A model generated the notes under the pieces. That model was not told the origin of the DNA. It was given only the letters and a program-made list of their open reading frames with translations, and did no database searches. A stretch of DNA of 64,000 nt from Vezdaea acicularis (lineage: Eukaryota), in contig JAPEUI010000038.1 in the NCBI GenBank assembly GCA_026025075.1, positions 62,001 through 126,000 on the forward strand, in the 5' to 3' direction. Made by a program: the position numbers and the translations under genes. Positions 1 through 10,700 of the stretch are shown piece by piece (position 1 is the first letter of the stretch; each line of letters starts with the position of its first letter).

Positions 1-1215
1 GGGTGCTCGCATCCTAGCTTCTCCTCCCAGCCCTTCAGCGCCCGGTTGTACAGCTCCTCCGCCTCGCCGTACCGGCCTTGGTGTTGATAGACAACTGCCA
101 GGCTGTGCACCGTCGTCAGCGTGTGTGGGTGCTCGCGCCCTAGCTTCTCCTCCCGGCCCTTCAGCGCCCGTTTGAACAGCTTCTCCGCCTCATCGTACCG
201 GCCCTGGTTTCGATAGACAAGTGCCAGGCTCTGCACCGTCCGCAGCGTCTCCGGGTGCCCGCGCCCCAGCTTCTCCTCCTGGCCCTTCAGCGCCCGCTTG
301 TGCAGCTCCTCCGCCTCGCTGTACCGGCCCTGGTGTCGATAGACGTTTGCCAGGTTCTGCACCGTCCGCAGCGTGTCCGGGTGCCCGCGCCCCAGCTTCT
401 CCTCCTGGCCCTTCAGCGCCCGCTCGAACAGCCCCTCCGCCTTGTCGTACCGGCGCTGGTCTCGATAGACGGATGCCAGGTTCTGCACCGTCCGCAGCGT
501 GTCCGGGTGCTCGCGCCCCAGCTTCTCCTCCTGGCCCTCCAGCGCCCGGTTGTACAGCTCCTCCGCCTCGCTGTACCGGCCCTGGTCTTGATAGACGTTT
601 GCCAGGTTCTGCATCATCGTCAGCGTGTCCGGGTGCTCGCATCCTAGCTTCTCCTCTTGGCCCTTCAGCGCCCGCTTGTACAGCTCCTCCGCCTCGCTGT
701 ACCGGCCCTGGCCTTGATAGACGCCTGCCAGGTTGTGCACCGTCCGCAGCGTGTCCGGGTGCTCGCGCCCCAGCTTCTCCTCCTGGCCCTCCAGCGCCCG
801 TTTGAACAGCTTCTCCGCCTCATCGTACCGGCCCTGGTTTCGATAGACAAGTGCCAGGTTCTGCACCGTCCGCAGCGTGTCCGGGTGCCCGCGCCCCAGC
901 TTCTCCTCCCAGCCCTTCAGCGCCTGGTTGTACAGCTCCTCCGCCTCGTCGTACCGGCCCTGCTGGTGATAGACGATTGCCAGGCTCTGCACCGTCCGCA
1001 GCGTGTCCGGGTGCCCGCGCCCTAGCTTCTCCTCCTGGCCCTTCAGCGCCCGCTCGAACAGCTCCTTCGCCTCGCCGTACCGGCCCTGGTCTTCATAGAC
1101 GATTGCCAGGTTCTGCACCGTCCGCAGCGTGTCCGGGTGCCCGCGCCCCAGCTTCTCCTCCTGGCCCTTCAGCGCCCGGTTGTACAGCTCTTCCGCCTCG
1201 CCGTACCGGCCCTGG
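1..1215 (-). repeat. Tandem 126-bp (42-aa) TPR repeat array, ~9.6 units visible
   Basis: Anchor gtaccggc recurs at 69,195,321,447,573,699,825,951,1077,1203; consensus QGRYxEAEELxxRALKGQEEKLGRxHPDTLRTVQNLAxVYxx. Confidence 0.98.
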
Positions 1216-3790
1216 CCAGTGTAGAAGAATGCAAACAATAACCCTGAACCTGGGCAGTGTTCAAAGCCTAGGAGTTGTCTCTCCAGAAGTTCTCTCTCGT
1301 TTTGAACGCAAGCGTCAATATGAAGAATAGTTTCCTGATTTACTTCCAGAGATAACACGGCATCTCCAACATCTTCCAGATATTCTGAAAGTGCCACAAT
1401 TGATTCCAACGCAAATTGTTGCTGCAGATCATGACTTTTCCGAAGCTTGATCCAGTCACGGACAACAGGATGGATTGAGAATTGCCGCTCTTTGCCTTGC
1501 TGATCTGGTTGTTGTAATAGTGAGAGTTTTTGAAACTCGGCAAGTACATCTCCTAATTTATAGCTGTTCCATTTCCTTTCTGTAACGAATATTTCCATCC
1601 ACTCAGGCATGTGTCCCTTGTAGTAAGCTCTGAAGTACTTTTCAGATATAGTTTTGTTATCAAAAAAGGCAGCCAACGTTAAAAAATGGTCTTTCCTTTC
1701 TTTTTCTTTTCTGATCATATCAAATGACAACTCCCACGTGGTGAAAACGCTAAGCATTGTCTCTTTTTCATCGTTGCTTAGTTTTCTGCTGTACTCCCAT
1801 TCCTCTGGTATTTCTTTAAGAATCACTTCTTTCCGCCTACTGTAATGCACTAAGAAATCCTTCAGTTGCAGGCGTCGTGCGCGAATATAAGCTCCAGCTT
1901 GGTCAAGGGCAAGAGCAAGGTGGCCTAATGTATCTGCTATTTTTAGTCCTTGAATTCTTTCTTCATCATTTAACGTTAAACCTGGTAGCAAGAGACTTAG
2001 ACTCTCGTCATTGGTCATCTCGGAAACTTTGATACAATCCCCTAGTCGTGTCAAGTCATCTCTTCTGCTCGTGAACAGGATGCGTCCCTTATTCCCGCTA
2101 GGGATGTAATGACGGATTTTTCGAGTTTGAAAGGCGCTAGGGTCATCATAGTTATCGAACACGACTAGCCACCTTTGTTTCCAATCTTTTAAAGTGTCTG
2201 TAACAAATGAAATAGTGGCTTCTATAGTGGCATCGTTCCGTTGATCTTGTGAAATCTTTCCAGCAATAATTTTGTAGCTCTGTCCGATAGAGGTTGGTGA
2301 CGACGCGTCTATCCACATGACAGCCAGGCTCTTCTCAACCTCTTGGCAGATCTCAAGAGCGAGTTGTGTCTTGCCTGAGCCGCCCATTCCACACAATATA
2401 ACAGTTCTTGACAACGGATCATTTAAGAGTCGATTTTTTATGTCCGTAAGCAAAGCTTCGCGAAGGACGTAGTGGAAAACGCGTTTCGGGGGCACATTAA
2501 TTTGGAGAGTGCTAGGATTTGAAGATTGAACGCAACTAGCTGCTTTAAAATAAGCCATTATCCGCTTTATGTAGATATGATTGAATCAGGTAGAACTACA
2601 CTCAGAACGACCAGCTAGTATATAGCGCGCATTCTTTACTAAATTCTCAATCTCATCGCACACGTTCAGAAAATCCTCCTCGCCGGGTCCAAATTTGTTC
2701 ATGTTGAAATGGTTTCGTGACAGCGCAATTTTGGTTGCCCCATCAAGGCAGCCAGAGCTCTCGTCAACGACAAATTTCTATATGAGACGTCAATATCTTA
2801 TCTCTTATCTCTTCACTTATAGTTCGGATAATGCAAACAGGTATGGACACATACAGTTATCGCCTCATCGCCGATTATCCCACCGATGTTTGAAGACTGA
2901 AGCTCGTAGAAACAGACCATCCGAGGCAAGTTACCCTCCAGCTGTATCTCGAAGTATTGGTCTACCAAGTCTGACAAAATTTCGTTCCCAGGATCGAGGA
3001 TCGCAAGATTACCCCTCTGAACCTTATCTTCTTCATATTCGGCCAAGGCGCGCTGAAGTATTGCACCCTGAGATAATTCTTTATGTGTGCCTCTGAATGG
3101 TGTTCCAAAGAACAAAATCCCTGCAATTGAATCAAAGATGCCGGGGTACAGCGATTTGGAGATCCTCGCTTTAATAACTGTCTGCACAAATTAGCTGGAA
3201 GCCTCAAATATCGAATAATGATTAACCTTCAGAACAACAAGGCCACCATAACAATGTGCGATGAAAAGGACAGGACGGCTTTCTGTTTCCTAGGGATGTT
3301 GATTAAATTCGCGCGTTCTACTTCAAATTGACATCTGAAATTTATTACTTGACTATTCCTAACGCGACGCAGTGCTCGAAGGAGCTTATCCGCAACGTCT
3401 GACGCTTTTCCACGGATAGCGTCCTCTCCAAACCAGATGGACTTGTATCCATATCGCATTATCCGAGCATTAGGTACAACTGCAGGAAGCATGTGTTCGG
3501 CGCTTAGCCAGTTGAGGTAAGACGTGCCCTCTTCATCTGGAGATATTTTTTTAGTCCATGTGTCGTCAGGATGTGCGCCAATTCCGTGCACTGCAACGAT
3601 ACTGTTGTAGCCAGTGTAAATGACGATTTATCATTCAGATGGACTTCTTACTCCACAACATCCTCTAATTTAACATTAGACGCGGGCTCGCGAAGAACCT
3701 TGATTCCCGTACATTTGTCTGTGATTGCTCGAGGCTAGCTTTTATTTAGAACCAACGGACGCGAGGACATAGGAGCCAGACACTCACCAT
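1..3790 (-). CDS. NLR-like STAND protein: alpha/beta-hydrolase (SesB-like) + NB-ARC + TPR repeats; 3' end beyond the window edge
   Basis: Manual splicing: ATG-only exon 3790-3788, intron 3787-3735, exon 3734-3652, intron 3651-3602, then DIVAVHGIGAHPDDTW...RIMRYGY...IAHCYGG...FFGTPFRG...VCFYE...RNHFNMNKF. The last exon (from ~2540) is open to position 1 with Walker A GMGGSGKT (2390-2367), Walker B WLVVFDNYD, ILFTSR, GHLALALDQAGAYI, IHPVVRDW, then TPRs. Confidence 0.93.
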
Positions 3791-4521
3791 CACGACGATC
3801 GATGATATTCTTAGCCTACACCTACAAACCGAGAGATTTATCAATAGTAATGATTAAGGCTAAAGTATACGGATCGACGCAACATGGTCGTCAGAAAGCT
3901 AGATTGAGAGTACGCGTGGAAAAATGAGCGTCTGTTAATGAAATACATGATCAGCAAGGCTGTGGTTAGCAAGGCTGTTGTCAGGTTTTTGAATGGTGGT
4001 GTGCCGGGGCGTTCCAGCCTTCTCCTCTGCGCGAGACGGCGCGCCATTGCTGCAGCAATATTATTTTTGGCGGCGAATGATTATTTGGAACGAAATGGTC
4101 TATCTGCGTCACTGCCCAATGAATTTTTCATTGGGCGTGGTCAAAAGGCACAATATACTACTCATGGCTGATGAATTATCTAGGGATCTAAAGACACAAC
4201 GCTAGCAAATGAATGGATGCTTAAACTCTTCAATATTGATACGCATTAATGATTTCAATCGGTCGAAGGATGGGATAGGACCGAACCTGCAAACCGAGAC
4301 TCAATTCCGCACTACTGTGCCACGAAGTATGGTAGTCAAAGCTTACCTATAGTGTTTTATACCGTATTTGTCAAGTACCCGGTGGATCAGCCTTCCTTCT
4401 TAACATTTTTATCTTCTTTTTTATTACTATTTGCTCGCCTGAAGACCTGGCTTAAGTAAATGTTAAGCCAGTTTTCCGCGCCAGCGGAACGGAAGCTCTG
4501 TCTTGTTTCGACATTTCATAA

Positions 4522-5526
4522 ATGACAATGTCAACGGGCAAGGAGGGGCTCGACACGTCGCCCGACCCAGCTCCATTCCCCCAAAAGTTTCAACTCAATG
4601 AAGAGCTAGATTTGGAAGGTTCCGGGATTTCGTACCTTCCTGGCTACCCTCGGGTACATCTTAACGACTCTCAGCAGCTCACAGCTTTCCTCGATCGAGA
4701 ATTCTGGGCCGCCGACTTGGAAAAGATATCGCCTCGCCTTTGGGTAATGACCACCCAGTCGAGCGCGAATATCTCATCGCTGCATTACCAAAGGGTAAAA
4801 GGTCGAGAGATCGTACTTACGGAGGATCCACGGCTGCATCTGGTGTGGATATACAACCGGGTGTTCATCAAACCTCTCCCGAAATACCTCCTTTCGTATA
4901 GATTTTGGACCACTTTCTTGCTGAGCGAGCCGTCTCCGCTCGGTATTGAACGAGACAAACTCTGCAAAGCCGCATTAGGGTACCTTCGGACCTTCTACTA
5001 TCTCATCGAACACGAGTCAGATTTTGATATTGCCTGTAGAGCCGAATCGCGCCTTGTACCGCTGGGGGTCACCTGGGAGCAATTTTGTAATTTCTCGGAT
5101 CGGTTCAAAGATCGTATCCAGGATTCCGACGTTTCCGGTCGCTATCAGTTCGGGGAGCTACGATTGACAAGGCTCAATTTCTACGTGAAAATCTTCCTCT
5201 CGAAATTTGTGTACGAGCGTGTCCACGCTCAATATGGCGATTATTTCAACCGTTTCTATGCCCCCCTTTTGTTCATTTTTGGCATTCTCTCCTTGATGCT
5301 CAACGCAATGCAAGTCGAGATGAATGTAGAAGCACTTACGAAAGATAAGTGGATGCTCTTTTGGCGCATATGCAGGTGGTTCAGCGTCATAACTTTAGCG
5401 GTTTTGCTGTTCCTATCGTTTGGTCTTGTATCTTTGCTCTTAGGCATGGTCTCAGATGAATGGATCTTCGCTATTAGGGTCCTCAGATCCAAGAAGAAAG
5501 AAAAAAGAAAGCAATGCACCGTTTAG
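4522..5526 (+). CDS. DUF6601-like fungal protein with two C-terminal hydrophobic helices
   Basis: Intronless 334-aa ORF with motifs LHYQRVKGREIVLTEDPRLHLVW, FIKPLPKYLL, GYLRTFYYLIEHESDF, RYQFGELRLTRLN; hydrophobic segments APLLFIFGILSLMLNAMQV and WFSVITLAVLLFLSFGLVSLLLGMV. Family name from recognition. Confidence 0.75.
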   Translation: MTMSTGKEGLDTSPDPAPFPQKFQLNEELDLEGSGISYLPGYPRVHLNDSQQLTAFLDREFWAADLEKISPRLWVMTTQSSANISSLHYQRVKGREIVLTEDPRLHLVWIYNRVFIKPLPKYLLSYRFWTTFLLSEPSPLGIERDKLCKAALGYLRTFYYLIEHESDFDIACRAESRLVPLGVTWEQFCNFSDRFKDRIQDSDVSGRYQFGELRLTRLNFYVKIFLSKFVYERVHAQYGDYFNRFYAPLLFIFGILSLMLNAMQVEMNVEALTKDKWMLFWRICRWFSVITLAVLLFLSFGLVSLLLGMVSDEWIFAIRVLRSKKKEKRKQCTV

Positions 5527-5742
5527 ATGATCAAACATCCGACGGGTTCAGATCGAAAACGAGTGTTTGAAGAAATGAAAATCTACGGGATAAATATCTA
5601 CACCTCGTTGTCTGGATAGCAGCTGAGAGGGCACGTAGCCTATTCTGTGCTTATTCCAGCTGTCATCCCCAAATTCAAACCAAACCAGATGACATCGCCA
5701 AGTTCCTCCTTTAGAAAAAGCATCCACCCTCTCCCCCTTTCT

Positions 5743-6723
5743 CTACTCAGGATGCTGTCCTGCCGCCTCCGCCTTCCCGACCTCAACCCTCAACACCTTC
5801 GCCTTGACCACCTCGCCATTAACAGGCAAACTCATCCCACCCGTCGTCGTGACATACAACACCTCCCTATCCGCCTGTCTCCTCCCAAACGCCGCCGCCG
5901 TCGAGCCCGCACAGAGCGGATCCTTCACATCACCCACGATCCTACTGCGCGTCCCATCGGGCGCAAGCTTCACGACAGACTGATAGATGTGCGTCGTCAG
6001 ATAGGCCGCGCCGTCTGCGTCGAACGTGAAGTCATCCGCATTGAGGTGTTCTGCCACAACATCGAGTGTGCCCGTGGCTTCACCCCCAGGGCCGACGACG
6101 CAGCGCAGAATCTGCGCCGCCTCGGTGTTGGAGACGTAGACGGCGTCGCCGAAGCGCTTGGCACCGTTGGCGCCGGGGTAGACGGGGTTCTGCGTCGTTT
6201 TGGCAAAGGCGCCGTGCTGTAGCCAGGTGGTGGCGGTGCAGCTCTTGACGTTGATGGCGAAGAGGCGGCTGGCTATGGAGTCAACGGCCAAGAAGATGCC
6301 TTCGGTGGGGCTCAGCAGGGCGGAGCCGTTGAGGAAGAGCGCGTCGGGGACGTCGACGTGTTTGGAGATTGTGGCGGGGGTTTGGATAGTCTCGTCCGCT
6401 CCGGCGACGAAAGGCGCCATGTCGACTTTCCAGATGGCATAGCTTCCCTTATCGCCGATGGTGCCGGCGCTGATGTAGAAGGTGTCGGGCTCGACCTCGA
6501 CGATGCCGCTGACGTTCAGGGGGAAGGTGTGGACGACGACGGGGACGGGCGGTGACTGGGAAGGGTCGAGGTGGATGAGCTCGCTCCTGTTGTGGACGGT
6601 GAGGAGGAGGGCGCCGGAGGGCCGGACGGCGATGTTCTCGACAAAGTAGCCAATGGGGAATTCGTGGATGATGCTGACGGGGAGGGGGGAGGGCGCGCCC
6701 TCGTCGTGGGGCGGGGCTGCCAT
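5743..6723 (-). CDS. Six-bladed beta-propeller, SMP-30/gluconolactonase-like enzyme
   Basis: Intronless GC-rich 326-aa ORF with ENIAVRPSG, FLNG, GANG, YVSNT, ADDF, STAAAFGR, LYVTT motifs. Confidence 0.8.
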   Translation of the reverse strand: MAAPPHDEGAPSPLPVSIIHEFPIGYFVENIAVRPSGALLLTVHNRSELIHLDPSQSPPVPVVVHTFPLNVSGIVEVEPDTFYISAGTIGDKGSYAIWKVDMAPFVAGADETIQTPATISKHVDVPDALFLNGSALLSPTEGIFLAVDSIASRLFAINVKSCTATTWLQHGAFAKTTQNPVYPGANGAKRFGDAVYVSNTEAAQILRCVVGPGGEATGTLDVVAEHLNADDFTFDADGAAYLTTHIYQSVVKLAPDGTRSRIVGDVKDPLCAGSTAAAFGRRQADREVLYVTTTGGMSLPVNGEVVKAKVLRVEVGKAEAAGQHPE

Positions 6724-7703
6724 GTGGAAAGATATCGCTTACAGATGAGTGGTTGATATAGAGATTGACGAATAGAGCTCCACTGCGTTGAGTCAATTGG
6801 GAAGAGTGAAAGTACTGGCGCTCTGCACAAAGTAATGAGAAGCTGCGTTGAAGTTTTGCAAAGCAGTGAGATGATGTAGAAGCCGTCGTTATATAGATGC
6901 TGATGACGGGAAATGCCGCGACCCCACGAGTGCCCCTCATTACCGGTTGTGGACCAAAAGTCTCCGGTAAAGAACACAGTATACCATCAAGCTTCATCCA
7001 CAACAGCCACAGAAATTCGACAACGATCCCGATAGAACGGCGTCGAACATGACGTTGCCCGGCTGCCTGGACGGTGTCGATGGTCCATTTGCTCGACGCC
7101 GAATTATCCAAGAATTCGCGAACATTTCGGCGATTATGTGTAAGCCTCCTTGTCGATAAACAGGAACGTGGTGGGGAAGTTAAGCTTTACGGGAGCTAGG
7201 CGACGCTTTGAGTGGCGAGGCCAAGCATGTGTAGGCGGCAATTCCCGGATGCCATCTGTTGATTGTAGGAAAGGGGCATGTTATTGGGTGGCGCATTCAC
7301 CAATTGAGAACGTCGTGTATTGCCTCCCTTTTCATGGCCAGGTTCGTGTGATCGCCCCCGATCTCAATTGGGTTCGTGTACGTACGTATCCTCCTGAAGC
7401 CTCGGGTCAGCCGAAAGAAAGTGGACGTGCTCAAGTGTATTCAAGTGTAAATTATGCATTGTTGGACCTTCTATTAGCAGTCAAAGCTCTTGCAGTAGTC
7501 GTAGAACGAATAAACCGCATTTCATTCGCGAAAGCAGAACGAAAAGACTTGCGAGATGCCCTACTAAACGCTATCTTACACACTTTTTTCCTAAAAATAC
7601 AAGATCAAGTTCATCGCTCCGAACAGGACATTCATGGAATCATACGCAGCGACGCCCCAGATCCAGAACCGCAATCCTATGATAGAAAAAGTGAGGGCTG
7701 AAA

Positions 7704-10700
7704 TTATTGGTATTTCCGAAGCTGACGCGTCTGTTAGCCCAAGTCCCTAGGGAGTTGAAGGGGAGCACTCACGTCTAGCGTCAACGCCTTACTTGAGTTT
7801 GCTGACTGATCTCTATAAATCCCTACGAGCGCTTCGCTCCCTTGGAATAGTCCAGTCTTCAGAGAAATCACAATGAACTGCATCCCTGGTCCAGCATGGT
7901 CCCGAATGTAATTCGCAATCTTGGCCACGTTGGCGTTATCCAATGCGGCGTCGACTTCGTCAAGCACAAAGAAAGGCGAGGGCTGATAGCTGTGCACGGC
8001 AAACAGCAATGCGAGCGCCGCCATGGTCTTCTCCCCACCTGATAGATGCTCCATATCTCGGAAGCGTTTTAGCGGGGGCATAGCATGATACTTGATCCCG
8101 TCAAGGTATGGCTCGTCTGAGTCTTCGATATCCAGGTATCTGAGCACGCGCGTATCAGCAAAGACATTAGTGCACAGAGCCTAGACTCTTGGGAACTCAC
8201 GCTTGTCCCCCAAGGGGGAAGGCTGCACTCCTTGTAAGATCCTTATAAACCTGGCCAATCTGTTCCGAGATATGGGAGAAGGCTTTATTGAAAAGATCAG
8301 ACCGTTCTTCCTTGACAGCTTGAAAATCGTCGCTGGCTTTCTTTGCCTGTCTTCGAGCATTATCGAAATCCCTTTCGGTGTTCTTGAGTCGGGACTCGAC
8401 GCCTTCCAGCTTCTCGATCGCCCTCATGTTTGGTGCCATCTTGTCAAGCTCGTTGGTCAGCGCTGTTATCTTTTCTTGCATTTCTTCCTCTCGTTTCTCA
8501 TCATCGTCCTGACGCAGGTTTAGTAGATACATTGGCACAATTATTGATCCATTCCCTTACCTCTTTCAAGTCATCGTCTAATTCATCAAAGTCAATATCA
8601 ATACCATAGTCCTGAACAGCGGGAGTCTGTATGAAACTCGAATTCGGATTTTCATCAAGGTCCATTTCGTCGGGATCAGCTCCTGCTTGCTGCAAGAGAT
8701 CGTCGACGGGTAGCTTGTCGAGGCCTGCCGATTCATCTGTCAAAGGTAACTTGATCTCCTCCAGCTTACATCGTCTTAAGAGAGCATATCTTCCCGCCGC
8801 GTTTCGTTGAATGTCAGCCTCTAGACCCGAGACTACCTTCAGCGTGCCTTCAACCTCCTTACTTCGCTTCTGAACTTCGCGTCGAGCATCTGCAACCTTT
8901 TCGGCTTTCTTGGAATAGTTACGTTGGGCCTTCTCTAGTTGCTCTTTCAAATGTTCGAGCTCTGCGTTGAGTCTGTCTGATTCGTCTTGTAGTGTCTCTT
9001 TCTCAGCCTCTAGATCCGAGATGAGTTTGCGATCGCCCTGAGCCTGGTTCTCGAGAAGCTTTATTCGATCTTTCGTCGACCTCAAGCGCTCCCCTTCGAA
9101 GCTCAATTGACTCTCCAATCTCTTCTTCTGCGTTGTGAACTCCATCTTTTTCTGAGCGGCTTCTTGCTGCAAGGAACCTTGTTGCGCCTCATACGCCCGA
9201 ATGCTCTCATAGCCTAAACGTTTGCAGAAAGCAGCGAAGATATCGTCCTCCACCTCCCCAACAGCATTCTTGTACTCTTGAAGCTTTCCCTTGAGGGTTT
9301 GCAGATTACGAACCTTCTCATCGAGCTTCGGCTTGAGCTCTTTCAGTTGACGTTTGGCAAAGTCGAGCTCTTTCTTCTTACTCGCTAGGTTCCGGTCAAG
9401 TGCACGTAGCTCCTCCTTGGCGTAGCTAGAACGCTGTTCCAGTCCAGTAAGTTCCCCTTGGAGAGTCTCCTCAGCAGTCCCTCGCCTGTGACCCTTCGGT
9501 AAAGCGGCCAGTTCAGCAAGTAGATTGTCTTTCAATTTCCGGAGATTCTCAACCTCAGCATCTTCCCACCGCCTTGAATTCTGCTGTCCTGGTCCACGTC
9601 CTCCGGTCATTAGGCCACCTTTATGAATGATAGTACCGTCCAGGGTCACTGCTTTCGCTTCTACCCCCTTCTCATAGACGATATATTTAGCCACGTTGAG
9701 ATCATCGCACACGATAGCATTTCCGCAGGCATAGGACATGGCCCGCTCAACGGCCTTGTCATAATCAATCGTGTCGATTGCAAGTCGTACGCCCCGATGC
9801 ATGCCCTTCATATTTGAGTTGATTGGCTTAACTTGGATGGTGTCGAGAGGTATAAATGTAGCCTGGCCTGCTCGTTGGTCGCGCAGATACTGAATACAAT
9901 CTTTCGCCGTCTTCTCGTTGTCTACCACCACCGCGTCAAAATGTCGGCCAAGCACAGTACTAACCGCTTCGTCATATTTCTTCATCGTTGGCTTACACAG
10001 CTCGCTCAGTCGCCCTCGAACTCCGGGAAAGACGCGCTTTAATGCTGCGATGGTTTCTTTTATGCGAAGCTCTTTCTCACTCTGTCTGCGACCGTCATCG
10101 GCCTCGAGCAGCTTGTTGAGGACCTCTTGCAACTTCTCATCAAGCTCCGTTTGTTTCTGTGCATTGCGTAGGCGTTCGGACGTGAGATTGTTAAACTCTT
10201 TCTTCTTGCCGTCAATCTCTTTCGAGGTCTGCCTGATTTGAAGGTTGAGGATTTCTTTGCGTTCGCCGATCTCCTTCATATCTTCCTCAAGTTTCTGAGC
10301 TTGCCATTGAGTAGATTCGAAGCTGCTCTGGAGACTGTGAACCGTCTCTTCATCTGTCTTCGATTGCCGCCCGAGGTTATCTACTTTAATCTGATTCGCG
10401 GAAGTAACGGTGTTTACTTGCTCTCGAAGCTTGTTATACTCTTGCAAATCAGCTTCGCTCAGCTCCTTACCCTCCTTTTGCGCCATCTTCTTCCACTCTG
10501 CCTCCCACTTAGCTTGCGCCTTGTCTACCATTCCCTGGTCCTTTTTAAGCTGCTCCACAGTCGAGGTCTGACTATCCCTCTCCTTCTTGATCTCATCGAC
10601 CCGGGCAGCATAGTTCTTGACTTTCCGGCTAGCAAGTTCAATCTTTTCCTCGATTGGGATGACTGCATTTTCGTTCTCTTCGATCTCCTTCTCTTTCCGC

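Noticed and set aside
1..1215. Repeat array as a CRISPR or minisatellite
   Set aside because: No repeat-spacer structure; units are contiguous, a multiple of 3 and encode TPRs in a eukaryotic gene.
190..1330. Several repetitive ORFs (PGSAPSAAC..., LLLLALQR...) in the ORF track
   Set aside because: Alternative-frame and antisense shadows of the GC-rich 126-bp TPR repeats; the real frame runs off the window edge and so is not listed.
3953..3984. 15-bp tandem duplication (agcaaggctgt core) and short ORFs in the NLR promoter
   Set aside because: Only two copies; the ORFs lack recognisable coding character.
3600..5526. Amyloid signalling motif linking the NLR and its neighbour
   Set aside because: No N/Q/G-rich or HET-s-like pseudo-repeat at the NLR N-terminus or the neighbour's C-terminus.
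7150..7701. 183-aa plus-strand ORF
   Set aside because: TTG start, no motif, and it overlaps the likely SMC1 3' UTR in antisense.
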